NCBI RefSeq assembly: GCF_963921235.1
Contig: NC_086097.1
Span: 123,134,001-123,198,000, forward strand
Length of the DNA: 64,000 nt
From: Mobula hypostoma
Taxonomy: Eukaryota
Direction: 5' to 3'
The notes beneath the pieces were generated by a model. The model was not told where the DNA came from and made no database searches. It saw only the letters and a program-made list of their open reading frames with translations. Position numbers and translations under genes: made by a program. Below, piece by piece: positions 25,814-38,450 of the stretch (within the stretch, counting starts at the first letter, position 1; the number at the start of each line of letters is the position of its first letter).

Positions 25814-26649
25814 AATTAGTATTATATGTTTTCCTGTCAAGTTTGAACCTTGCAGTTCTTGAGTTTGAAGGTACACTGCAGCATGTAACTTTTAATTTAA
25901 ATCTAAGCTAACCTTTTCAGTATTAATTTTAAAAGTTAGAAATTCTGCACTTAGCAAAAGAAAATTTAAATTTGCAATTAAATTTCAGTATTTAGGGAGA
26001 AATACACCACAATAAGTCAGACTGCCTTTCTCAGCCCGATTAGCTTGCAAGGGAAAGGAAAGGTCAAATTTTAGAAATTGCTTTAAGCAGTCTGCTTTCT
26101 CAGAGGAATGTACTGTATTTACCAATGAAATAAGCCTACAGAGGTGGTTAATTTGTTAACAATGTATAAAAACATAAAAGACTGAGCTGAAAAAACTAAT
26201 TACTTTCCTTGTATTTAAAACATCAATTAGTCAATATTTCCACCTCACATCATTCAAGTCTTTTAATGCAACAATCTGTGATATCAGCTTTACCATTATG
26301 ATAATCTCACATTCAATATCTTTGTCTCAGAGGAAGAAATATTTGTGCATGGTATAATTTTGTCCTTGCTGAAAAGAAATTAACTACACGACAGTTGCCT
26401 TTCATCACTAAACACTAATTTTAAATGTAAATTATTTCATCAAAGGCTACTTGTATCATTAATAAAGATTTCCCCAAAGGTCCTTTGCAACCATCACTAC
26501 ATTGCTCTTCATTTTAACTGGTATCTCTTTCATCTGGCCTTCTGGGGGATGCTGGCAGTGAGTTGCCTCATGAGTAATTATGAGAGCTGAAATCAATCAG
26601 CTTTGATACCGAGAAAGGGCAAAAAAAGCAACTTTATGATTAAATTAAC

Positions 26650-27237
26650 ACGCTGACTTTGGCTCTTTGTGGGAATGGGACCTGCTCTCGGATTCGCAAG
26701 TCCAGGATCTCAAGGCTCTGGATAGAGGCTGATCAGGGGTGGGTGTCACAACAGGAGACCCGTGTGTCATCGGGGGAGTCAAAATATCCATCGTGTGCCT
26801 GGTGACCCGGGATCTTTGCAATCTTCAGGCACAGAGCTCGAAAAAAGCAACACAGCGGACTTTTAACATCGTAAACCAGCGAGTTGTTTGTTATGTCTCC
26901 CCACTCGCTGGGAAAACGGAGACACCTCTTTCTCCCTTTTTAGGGAGAGAGAGAACCTGCGGTATGTCGAATACCGGTCTTTGGGGTAACTGCAAGTCTG
27001 TGTCTTTGCTCACGATTGAGTGCTCGGTGTGGTGCCAATGCTTTTTTTGCCGGTTTTGGGAGGGGGGATTATTGTTCGCTGCCATTTACGTGCAGGAGGG
27101 GGGAGCTGGGGGGGACTTTGGGGTTCTTTGGGGCACTCCTCTGTTTTTGTGGATGGCTGCAAAGAAAAAGCATTTCAGTATGTATATTGTATACGTTTCT
27201 CTGACATTAAATTGTGCCTTTGAACCTTTGAAATTTT
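26650..27237 (+). mobile_element. Non-coding retroposon family copy
   Basis: Homologous to 29585-30273 and 42341-43155; tail cctttgaacctttgaa. Confidence 0.7.
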
Positions 27238-28451
27238 GACCAAATTCAGGAAAATATGCTGAGGGGGGGCAGATTATAAAACATTATGGTAGGTCTAACC
27301 AGAATGACATTCCCCAACCTTAAATAATGTCCATAGTGTGCCAACTTGTGATGGTTTCCTATATTTTATAAAGTTCTAATTATTCAAACAATTCAATTTA
27401 TTTTTGAAGTGTTTGCTTCTACTGATGTCAGAAAATATCACACATGGGTCTCCGATACTTAACTGAAGGTTGGAACTGAAGCAGGAGACACTGTGTGTAA
27501 TGACAACTAATTTTTGGGAAGGGTACAAAGAAAGATTAAAGATAAGCTTTATTGGTCACACATAAATCCAAACATACAGTAAAATGCATTGTAACAGCAA
27601 ATCAAATCAGCGAGGATTGTTCTGGGCAGTCTTCAAGCGCCGCCACGTCTCCAGTGCCCACATAGCATGCCCAAAACTCACCATCCCTAGCTCGTCTGTC
27701 TTTGAAATGTGGGGTGAAAGTGGGGTCAACTGGAAGAAACCCACGCAGTCACAGGGAGAAAGTACAACCTCCTTTGCTGAAGTCCAAACTTACAGCTGGC
27801 ATAGTGAAGCAATGTGCTAACCACCTGCAAGTCCAGCATTGGCCTCATCAGCTACCTCAGAACCCACGAAGGACATAAGACCACAAGACACAGGACCAGA
27901 GTTAGGCCATTCAGCCCATCAAGTCTGCTCCACTATTCAATCATGTCTGATTTATTATCCCCCTTAACCCTATTCAATACCTGACTCCACTTCAAAAGTA
28001 ATTTATTATCAATTTAGTGATTTGAGACATCTTAACAATGTGAAGAGCACATTATTGAAAATTCTTGCAAACCAAACTGAAAATTTGAAACTTTGAATTA
28101 GTGTGCCATGTTCTGTTGTTGTGACAATCATCCTACCTCTGTTGATTGAGTATCCTGAAATTCCATGATATGATTTATTGAATTTTTGCTATTACAAACA
28201 GTAAATTGTCCTTTTGAATTCATTTCATTAGTGTATGGGGTGTCCAGGGAAGGGTATCGCATAAAGACCATAAGACATAGGAGCAGAATTAGGCCATTTG
28301 GCCCATCAAATCTTCTCCACCATTCCATCATGACTGATTTATTAACCCTCTTAACCACATTCTCCCCATAACCTTAGACATACTTATTAATTAAGAACCT
28401 GTCAACCTCTACTTTAAATATACCCAATGACCTGGCAAAGAATTCCACAGA

Positions 28452-29420
28452 TTAGATTAGATTCAACTTCACTGTCATTGTGCTGAGTACAGATACAAAG
28501 ACCAATGAAATGCAGTTAGCATCTGACCAGAATTGCAAAGAATAGTGTTATTTACAAAATAACTGCGAATAAAAAGTAAGTGCTACAGCACACAAATATA
28601 AAAGTACTGAGACAGTACAATATGGGTGCAATACTGCTTAGCGCTGTGATGTGAGGTTCAGCAGGGTCACAGCCTCAGGGAAGAAGCTCTTCCTGTGCCT
28701 GCTGGTGCGGGAGCGGAGGCTTCTGTAGTGCCTACCAGATGGGAAGAGAGTAAAAAGTCCATGGTTAAGGTGAGATGAATCCTTGATAATGCTTTTCGCC
28801 CTGCCCAGGCAGCGCATATGGTAGATGTTCTCAATGGTGGGCAATTGGGTGCCAATAATCTGTTGGGCAGTTTTCACCACACGCTGGAGTGCTTTGTGAT
28901 CCGATACGGGACAATTGCCATACCACACTGAGATGCAGTTGGTGAGTATGCTCTCAATGGTACAGCGGTAAATGTTCGTCAGTATCCTGGGACAGAGGTG
29001 AGCTTTCTTCATGCTCCGCAGGAAATAAAGGCGCTGTTGTGCCTTTTTTATCAGGATGGAGGAGTTCAGGGACCAGGTGAGATCCTCGGAAATGTGGACA
29101 CCAAGGAATTTGAATCTTGATACATGCTCCACTACAGCTCCGTTGATGTAGATGGGGACCTGAATGTGCCTACTAGCAGGCCAGAAGTCCACAATGATCT
29201 CCTTGGTCTTCTGGGTGTTAAGGGCCAGATTGCTGTCAGCACACCACGTGGCCAGGTGCTGGACCTCGTCCCTGTAGGCCGTCTCATCATCCACTCTGAT
29301 CATCAGACCAACCACCGTGGTGTCGTTGGAGAACTTGGTTATGGAGTTAAAACCATGTACAGTCATAGGTGAAAAGGGAGTACAGAAGAGGGCTCAGCAC
29401 ACAGCCTTAAGGCATGCCTT
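28452..29420 (-). mobile_element. Rex1/Babar-type LINE 3' fragment with 242-aa open RT C-terminal frame
   Basis: ORF 28638-29366: ITKFSNDTTVVGL…LNTQKTKEIIVDF…FKFLGVHISEDLTWS…YRCTIESILTNCISVWYGN; (CTAAT)n tail. Confidence 0.88.
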
Positions 29421-29584
29421 TACTGCTGTTTGACGAAATAAATTCTTCCTCATCTCTGTTCTAAAGAGATGTCCTTGTATTCTGAGGCTGTGCCCTCTGC
29501 TCCTAGACTCCCCCACTATTGGAAACATCCTCTCCATGCCCACTCTATTTAAGGACTTCCAATATTCAGTATTCAAATATTCAA

Positions 29585-30273
29585 TTTGAAGACCCTGATC
29601 TGGAATTACACTCTGACTTTGATTCTTTGCGGGAATGGGACCTGCTCTCAGGGCCTCACAACCAGCCATTTTTCGATATGCCAAGCACTAGACTAGAGCG
29701 CCTTCAGGGTATCGGATTTTTCGTGGCTTGGGAGGTGGTTGGACTCAAGGCTGGTGCCACCGACGATGACTGATTTGTTGCGGGAGAGCAAGAAAGACTG
29801 GAAGCAGCAGGCTTGCTGCTGGCTGTCTGCCCAGAGGCACAGAGCTCGGAAAAAGTGACACAACAGACTTTTAACATCATAAATCAGCGAGATGTTTTGT
29901 TATGTCTCCCCTCTCGCTATGAAATGGGGACATCTCTTTTTCCCTTATTAGGGAGAGAGAGAGAGCCTGTGGTATGTCGAATACCGGGTGAACGAGTAGT
30001 CTTTGGGGTCCTGCAAGCCTGTGTCTTTATTGTTGCTTTGCTGCATGCTTGAGGGCTGGGGGGGGGGGCCGATGTTTTTTTGCTGGTGGAGGAGGGCGGA
30101 TCGTTGCTTCGCTTCCGTGTGGGAGGGGGGAGCTGGTGGGGAGCTTCGGGGTTCTAACATTTAACTGTCATTCATTCTTTGGGGCACTCCTCTGCTTTCG
30201 TGGATGTTTCGAAGAAAAAGAATTTCAGGACATATATTGTATATATTTCTCTGACATTAAATAGACCTATTGA
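29585..30273 (+). mobile_element. Non-coding retroposon family copy nested in a minus-strand CR1 fragment
   Basis: Homologous to 42341-43155; CR1 sequence resumes on both sides (29430-29580, 30274-30540). Confidence 0.7.
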
Positions 30274-30564
30274 TTTCAATGAGAAACCCCTCATTCTTCT
30301 AAACTCCAACAAGTTCATGCCTAGAACCATCAACCGTTCTTCATAAATTAACCCTGTCATTCACAGGATCGTTCTCTGGAACCTCCTCTGAACCCTCGCC
30401 AACTCTAGGGCATCACTTCTCAAATAAGGGGCACAAAACTGCTCACATTGGTCTGACCAATGTCTTCTAAAGTCTCAGCATTCCATCCATGCTTTTATAT
30501 TCTGGTCCTCCTGAAATGAGTTCTAACATTGCATTTGCCTGAGTATAATTCCTTTGTAAGATTA

Positions 30565-30922
30565 GATGGCGAGCTGTTCTTGGTGTCCTAATCAATATTT
30601 ACTGCTCAGAGGCAATCCCTAAAGCAGATTATTAGCTCATTATTGTGTTATTGCTTGTGAGAGCTTTGTTATGTAGAAATTGTTTACCGCGTTTCCAATA
30701 TTCTAATATGACTCCACTTCACCGAATACTGCAGAACAAAAATACCGCACTTGCTGGAAACCTGAGAAAAAAAAACACACTGAGCATGCCAGACAGACAG
30801 ACAGCTTCTATGAAGAGAGAAACAAAGAGTTATTGTTTTAAATCAGAGCTTCATTGAATGTAAAGTGCTTTGGTATATTCCAAAGTCATGAAAAGCACAG
30901 TAAAATACAAATTTTTCCTTTC
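30565..30922 (+). mobile_element. Ancient Deu-domain SINE (SacSINE1/AmnSINE1-like) with nested old pLTR-like fragment
   Basis: ggtgtcctaatcaatattt…aaagcagattattagctcattatt…gcgtttcc…gactccacttca…ttcattgaatgtaaagtgctttgg…gtcatgaaaagcac matches my recollection of the Deu domain and its 3' tail. Confidence 0.55.
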
Positions 30923-31007
30923 CTAGTTTATTAAAATGCAAACACTGGGACTTTATTATATACCTCCTGTACCTAATGAAATGGCCAGTAAGTGTATGTT
31001 AACACGA

Positions 31008-32437
31008 GGGTCCCAGCTATGCCTGCCTTTTTGTTGGCTTTGTGGAACAATCCATGTTCCAAGCCTATACTGGTATCTGTCCCCCACTTTTCCTTTGCTA
31101 CATCGATGACTGTATTGGTGCTGCTTCCTGCACACATGCTGAGCTCGTTGACTTTATTAACTTTACCTCCAACTTTCACCCTGCCCTCAAGTTTAACTGG
31201 TCCATTTCCGACACCTCCCTCCCTTTTCTTGATTTTTCCATCTCTATCTCTGGAGACAGCTTATCAACTGATGTCTACTATAAGCCTACGGACTCTCACA
31301 GCTACCTGGACTATTCCTCTTCCCACCTTGTATCTTGCAAAAACGCCATCCCCTTCTCGCAATTCCTCCGTCTCCACCGCATCTGCTCTCAGGATGAGGC
31401 TTTTCATTCCAGGATGAAGCAGATGTCCTCCTTTTTTAAGGAAAGGGGTTTCCCTTCCTCCACCATCAACTCTGCTCCCAAATGCATCTCTCCCATTTTA
31501 CGCACATCTGCTTTCACCCCATCTTCCTGCCACCCCACTAGGAATAGGGTTCCCCTTGTCCTCACCTACCACCCCACCAGCCTCCGGGTCCAACATATAA
31601 TTCTCCGTAACTTCCGCCACCTCCAACGGGATCCCACCACTAAGCACACCTTTCCCTCCCAACTTTCTGCTTTCCGCAGGTATCGCTCACTACACAACTC
31701 TCTTGTCCATTCGTCCCCCCCATCCCTTCCCCCGATCTCCCTCCCGGCACTTATCCTTGTAAGTGGAACAAGTGCTACACATGCCCTTACACTTCCTCCC
31801 TCACCATCATTCAGGGCCCCAGACAGTCCTTCCAGGTGAGGCAACACTTCACCTGTGAGTCGGCTGGGGTGATATACTGCATCTGGCGCTCCCGATGCAG
31901 CCTTCTATATATTGGTGAGACCCGACGCAGGCTGGGAGACCATTTAGCTGAACACCTATGCTCTGTCCGCCAGAGAAAGCAGGATCTCCCAGTGGCCACA
32001 CATTTTAATTCCATGTCCCACTCCCATTCTGATATTTCTATCCACGGCCTCCTCTACTGTCAAGATGAAGCCACACTCAGGTTGGAGGAACAACACCTTA
32101 TATTCCGTCTGGGTAGCCTCCAACCTGATGGCTTGAACATTGGCTTCTCTAACTTCCGCTAATGCCCCACCTCCCCCCGTACCCCATCCACTATTTATTT
32201 TTATACACACGTTTTCTCTCTCTCTCCTTTTTCTCTCTCTGTCCCTCAGACTGTACCCCATGCCCATCCTCTGGGTTTTCCCCCCCTCCCCCTTTTCGTT
32301 CTCCCTGGGCCTCCTGTCCCATGATCCTCTCATATCCCTTTTGCCAATCAACTTTCCGGCTCTTGGCTCCATCCCTCCTCCTCCTGTTTTCTCCTATCAT
32401 TTCAGATCTCCCCCTCCCCCTCCCACATTCAAATCTC
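31008..32437 (+). mobile_element. Penelope-like retroelement fragment (RT C-half + GIY-YIG)
   Basis: ORF 31042-31839 (YIDD, LPFLD, YYKPTDSHSYL); ORF 31836-32162 (VIYCIW…LYIGETRRRLGDHLAEH…VATHF). Confidence 0.9.
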
Positions 32438-32439
32438 TG

Positions 32440-32917
32440 TGTGTGAGTGTATGTTCATGGTCTTCTGCTGCTGTAGTCCATCCACTTCAAATTGTGACGT
32501 GTTGTGCCTTCTGCATACCAGTGATGTAACGCGTGATTATTTGAGTTACTGCCACCGTCCTGTCAGCTTGAACCTGTCTGGCTATTCTCCACTGCCCTCT
32601 CACGTCAACGAGGCATTTTCACCCACAGAACTGCTGCTCAATAAATTTTTTTTTTCTCACCATTCTCTCTAAACTCTAGAGACTATTATGCATGAGATTT
32701 CCAGGAGATCTGCAGTTTCTGAGATACTATACTCAAATCACTCTGCCTGGCACCAACGATCATTCCACAGTGATAGTCACTTAGATCACACGTCTTCCCC
32801 ATTCTGATGTTTGATCTGAACAACAACTGAACCTCTTGACGATGTCTGCATACTTTTATGCATTGAGTTTCTATCACATGATTGGCTGATTAGATATTTG
32901 CATTAATGAGGTATACA
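32440..32917 (-). mobile_element. Tc1-derived non-autonomous element
   Basis: MGKTCDLSDYHCGMIVGAR remnant; homologous to 11213 and 61703. Confidence 0.75.
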
Positions 32918-33976
32918 CTACTTAGTTTGGTTGCTGGGGGTGCTTATCATTTAAATATCCTCAATGACTTGCTGTGGTACAATCCATACAGTATTTATGT
33001 AGCATTTGCAAAGTTCATGCCATGCAGTCCAAAAGAATGGCTACCAATCAAACAAACAGTCTTACTCTGGATGATACAAGACTGATTGAGCATTATCATA
33101 GCCACCCCCATCCAGGTATGTGACAAGTATTCCATCACACACCTAAATGAATTAGTGTAGATGTTTTCTTGGAACCAGCAGATGAACAAATCATTGCAAA
33201 GTCTCCAGCTTCCCTTGTGGTTACAGTACAAAAGCAGATGTGAAGTTCTGCTCATTGGGCACTCCCAGTTTTTTGAAGGTCAAACACAAAACCATACTGG
33301 AGCAGTTGAAGATTAGATGAGATGCCCAAGCTTTGCAATCCAGATTCTTTGGTTTCTTTCAAACGCTGCAATAGGGAAATTTTATCAAGCATTACCTGAA
33401 GAAAATTAGAGTATTCCTCAAACTGTAAAAATGTTGAATCTCAAATTTGGCCTTATGGATCATATGCAAATGAGTAAGCAATGAGAACAGTTGCTGAAGA
33501 GCGAGTCGGAAGTTCAGAAGTCTGGAAGTTGAGGCCCGTTGGCCGGAGCTGAGTCTGTGAATCTCTGCAAGTCCACTGGGGATGTTGAAGCCCAATGTCT
33601 GCATGTCCAAGCCTGAATCCAAGTCTAGGGGAGGCTGGAAGCCAAAGAAGACAGCCTGTGCTGGCGTTGGAAGACTGTTAATGTGTGCAGATGGAAGGAA
33701 GGAACGTGGTTTGTTTTGTTGCTTGTATTCTGTGGTTGTTCTGCCGAGCATAGGAGACAAGCTATGTTGGTGCTGGAATGTGTGGCAACACTACGGGCTG
33801 CCCCAGCGCATCCTCAGGTGTGTTGGTTATAAACACAAACCAAAGCATTTCACTGCAGGCTTTAAAATGCATGCAACAAATAAATCTGAACCTTTAATTC
33901 AGAATCTTAAAAATGCTGAGGTAATGTTTATGGCCATAACATTTCACTTCCTAAAGCCTTTTGTCTACATTTACTA

Positions 33977-34813
33977 CAGGTTAAGTAATCCTTATTCGAA
34001 ATTCCAAAATCTGAAAATCTCCAGAGGTCTGTGATGCACAGGTCTCTACACACCACAGACGGTTCTGAGAAGTGACCTCACATATGTAATGAACAGAAGT
34101 TAATGAGAAGTCGTAAAAGACACCGCACAAAGTAAAAAATGAAGCTGTCAAATATGTCGAAGAGGACTTAGTGCTTTCCGGTATATATGAGGAATAAACT
34201 CTTTTCGAGCATCCAGCTGGGTACAGGTATTGATTATACCCAACGTTTCAATGATCAACTCTGCCATCTTCTTCAAGGACAATAAAGCATTGGTTATCAT
34301 CATTACCTGTACCCAGCTGGGAAGCCCAAGGAGAGTTTATTCGTCTCAAACATATATTGAAAAAGTGGTTTAGTCAGCGTCGCAGTGAACATATGCTGCT
34401 TAACGGTATACTGATCATGAAGCATGTAAAAAACTCTGATAACAAACTGAAAATTGAAGGTAAGTGTGAATAACCAGCAGGCTGGTTGCAGAAATTTAAG
34501 AAAAGGCAGGGCATTACATTTTTAAAGATTTGTGGTGATAAAGCATCTGCTGATCACAAACCAGCGGAGAAATTAATTTATAAGTTTGCCAAGATTGTCG
34601 CTAATGAAAATCTAGCCTGCTGAATGGCTGCATCAGTGCACATGTGTGATGAACAAGACTGTAAGACAAAGACTGCTTACTGGTAGCACATAAATTCAGA
34701 GTCAGAAATGGCAACGATCCCAAGCTATCGCATTATATATTCCAAAATCCAAAATATCTGAAATCCGAAACACTTCTAGCCCCAAGCATTTTGGATAAGG
34801 GGTACTCAACCTG
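33977..34813 (+). mobile_element. Tigger (pogo) deletion derivative, Jerky/Tigger4-like
   Basis: TA|caggttaagtaatccctta…taaggggtactcaacctg|TA. Internal CENP-B/DDE remnant reads KWFSQRRSEHMLLNG…GWLQKFKKRQGITFLKICGDKASADH…FAKIVANENL. Confidence 0.85.
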
Positions 34814-35039
34814 TATTATTGCCTATTTCCCACCCAGAGGTGATATTTCAGTAGATGCTATCAGATGTTAGTACTCTATAGCACTCTCCATAATGACTCA
34901 GATCTTCTATTTAGAACCTAGCAGTTTTGCCTTGAGCTACCATCTTTCTCGTAACTGGTAGGAAGTACAATAAACTTAATGACATGCAGAACTCCCAGTT
35001 CTCCATTCAGCCAGTCCTGAGCCAGCTAGATTCCATTAG

Positions 35040-36135
35040 CCATAGAGTGATAGAGAACTACAGCACAGAACCAGGCCCTACAGCCTGTCTAGTCCATGCT
35101 AAACAGTTTTTCAGCATAATCCCATCAACCTGCAGCTAGAATGTTGCCCTCCTTATCCCTCCCATTCATATACCTATCCAAACCTTTCTTAATTGTTGTA
35201 GTTGAACCGGTATCCACCACTTCCACTGGCAGCTCGCTCCAAACTCGCACAACTCTATGACTGAAGAAGTCTCCCCCTCAGATTCCCCTTAAATATCTCA
35301 CCTATCGCCCTAAACCTAATCTCATCCAATCTCAGGGGAAAAAGCCTGCATGTATTTACCCTATCTATACCCCTCATAATTTTGTATATCGCGATAAAAT
35401 CACACCCTCATTCTTCCATGCTAGCTCAGATCTTCAAGTCCTAGCAACATCTGCGTAAACTTTTCTGTATTCTTTATGCTTATTGATATCTTTCCTGTAG
35501 GTAGATGACCCAAAAAAGCATACAATACTCCAAATTCGGCCTCACCAACATCTTACACAACTTCAACATAACATCCCACCTCAATGCTTTGATTTATGAA
35601 GGCCATTGTGCCAAAAGTTCTCTTTACAATTCTAGCCTACCGTGACATCATGACATCACTTTCAGGGAATTATGGATTTGTATTCCCAGACCCCTTTGTT
35701 CTACCGCACACCTCAGTGCCCTGCCATTCACTGTGCAAGTCTGACCTGGTTTGTCCAGCCAAAGAGCAACTTAGCTGCATTCAATCCATTTGCCATTTTT
35801 CAGCCCATTTTTCCAGCTGCTTTAGATTACGTTGAAGCCTTTGAGAGCCTTCCTGGCTGTTCACAATACCCCTAATCTTGTTGTCATCTGCAAATTTGCG
35901 AATCCGGTTTATCACATAATCATCCAGATCGTTGATATAGATAACAAGTAACAATGGACCCGGCACAGATCCTGGCAGCACACCACTAGTCACAGGCCTC
36001 CAGTCAGAGAGAGACAACCATATACTACCACTCTCTGTCTTCTTCCACTAAACCAATGCTGAATCCAATTTACTACTTCATTCTGAATGCCAAGAGCTTT
36101 AAGCTTCTGGACTAACGTCCCATGTGGAAATGGAC
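35040..36135 (-). mobile_element. CR1 LINE 3' portion
   Basis: WRPVTSGVLPGSVPGPLLLVIYINDLD…KFADDNKI (35781-36017). Confidence 0.85.
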
Positions 36136-36350
36136 CATGTCACATTCAGTTAATGTTTCACATTCAGTATCTTGTTACCGTGTCACATTCAGTATCTTGT
36201 GAAACCTGGTGGTGAGTGACTAAGAGTCACAAGGTTGTCTGAGTCTGAAATTGCTGTACACGCAAGTTGGAGTTGGAACAATTTAACCCAAACTGTGTCA
36301 CCTAATAACACAAAATCATTATCCAAATATATAAAAATGTTGACATTCTA

Positions 36351-36542
<192 letters not shown>

Positions 36543-36649
36543 CTAGAATTACAAAAAAAAACTTATGAACGTAATACTTAGAAATCCAAACAGGGTCCAA
36601 TGACACTGACTTCACCACCGATGTTCACCACAAAGGTTTCCAAGAAAAT

Positions 36650-37400
36650 GGCAGGAAATTTTGCACCTTTTCACAACAGGTGGTGAGTATATGGATTGAG
36701 CTGCCAGGGTAAGTGCTGGAAGTAGGTACAATTACAATGTTTAAAAGATACTTAGGTACGTGGGTGGGAATGTTTACAGGCATATGAGCCAAATGCCGGC
36801 AAATGGGACTACCTCAGGTAGGCAGCTCGGTCAGCATGCACAAGTTGGGACAGAGGGTCTGCTTCCATATTGTCTCACTCCATTGGAGTGGGTCCAAAGG
36901 AGGTTTATGAGAATTATCATGGGCTGAAAGGGTTAATGTGCTGTATGAAGAGTATTTGATAGCTCTGGGCATGTATTTGCTGGAGTTTAGTGGGGGTGGC
37001 AGAAAAGGCCAAGATCTCATTGAAACCTATTGAATATTGAAAGGCCTAGATAGAGTGGACACGGAGAGGATGTCTCCTATAGTGGGTGAGTCTAGGACCA
37101 GACAGCAAACCTCAGAATAGAAGAATGTCCCTTTATAACAGAGATGAGGAAGAATTTCTTCAGCCAGAGTGTGATGAATCTGTGGAATTCGTTGGCACAG
37201 ACAGCTGAGGAGGGCAAGTCATTGGGTATATTTAAAGTGGAGGTTGATAAGTTCTTGATTAGTAAGCGCATTCATTGTAGGGTACAGGGAGGAAATGAGG
37301 AGAGTGGGGTTGAGAGGAGTAATAAATCAGACATGGTGGAATAATGGAGCAGACTCGATGGACAAATGGCCTAATTCTGTTCCTATGGCTTATGGTTTTA
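36650..37400 (+). mobile_element. Two CR1 3' fragments
   Basis: MRKNFFSQSVMNLWNSL…; ends ggcctaattctgttcctatggcttatgg. Confidence 0.7.
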
Positions 37401-37984
37401 TGATGTATGACTTTAAATAACAACAAAGGCTCAGTATTAAGAGTATTCAATTTTGCTTTTTTTCTACCACGTTGATCAAGAATCCATCAATTTCTTTTTT
37501 TTCATCTTTATGTTTGGCTCAGTTGGCAACATTAATACCAATATGGGGGTCCATGTTCCATTTCAAGACCACTACATAATCTAAGAAATTTTTGCATTAT
37601 ACTAAGGAAGTGCTGCATTGACTGAGGCGTAATAAAATATTCATCTAAGCCTGCCTTTCTCTTCAGGTGGAGCATTGCCCTACAAAGAGGCCATGAAGTC
37701 GGGCTCAGTAACAACCAGTGTTTGACCAGCAAACTGGTTCACAGGGACAGTCAATGTGCCCAGGAACTTAGTAGCGTGAGCTGGAGGAACAGCAAACTAG
37801 GGATGGCAATCGTGCTCTCAGTGCCAGTGCCCATCAGGAGTAAATAGAGCAGACAGATCAGGGTGTCAATTAGTATGCAACACTGGCTTAGCAGTCATTG
37901 TCTGTTCTGTGCTGAGAGGTGCAACATGGATGGTAACAGGTAATATCAGGAATGACAATTACCCTGTGGGTGCATCCTTTACCA

Positions 37985-38450
37985 CTAAGCACATCTACAA
38001 GGAATGCTGCCACAACAAAGCAACATCCACCATCTAGGACCTGCACCGTCCAGCCCATGCTCTCTTCTCACTGCTGCCATTGGGAAGGAGGTATAGCCTC
38101 AGGTCCCAACCACCAAGTTCAGCAACAGTTATTACCCTTCAACCATCAGGCTCCGGAACCAGCGGGAATATCTTTACTTACCTCAGCGCCGATTCCACAA
38201 CCTATGGGGCCATTTTCAAGGACTCTGCAACTCACGTTCTCAGTTTGTCTGTTTGTTTGTTTATTTATTATTTCTTCATTTGCACAGTTTGTCATCTGTT
38301 GCGCGTTGCTTGTCCATCTTTGTGTGTAGTTCTTCATTAATTATATTGCATTTCTTCCTATCTACAGTGAATGCCCACAGGAAAATGAACTTCGGGGTAG
38401 TATATGGTGACATATTTATACTTTGCTAATACATTTATTTGAACTTTGAA
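37985..38450 (+). mobile_element. Rex1/Babar-type LINE 3' fragment
   Basis: ctcttctcactgctgccattgggaaggaggtatagcctcagg…; tttgaactttga tail. Confidence 0.6.

Noticed and set aside
32995..33390. Possible additional host exon or ORF
   Set aside because: No CCDC102-like translation and no convincing splice-site pair; probably decayed repeat or unique intron.
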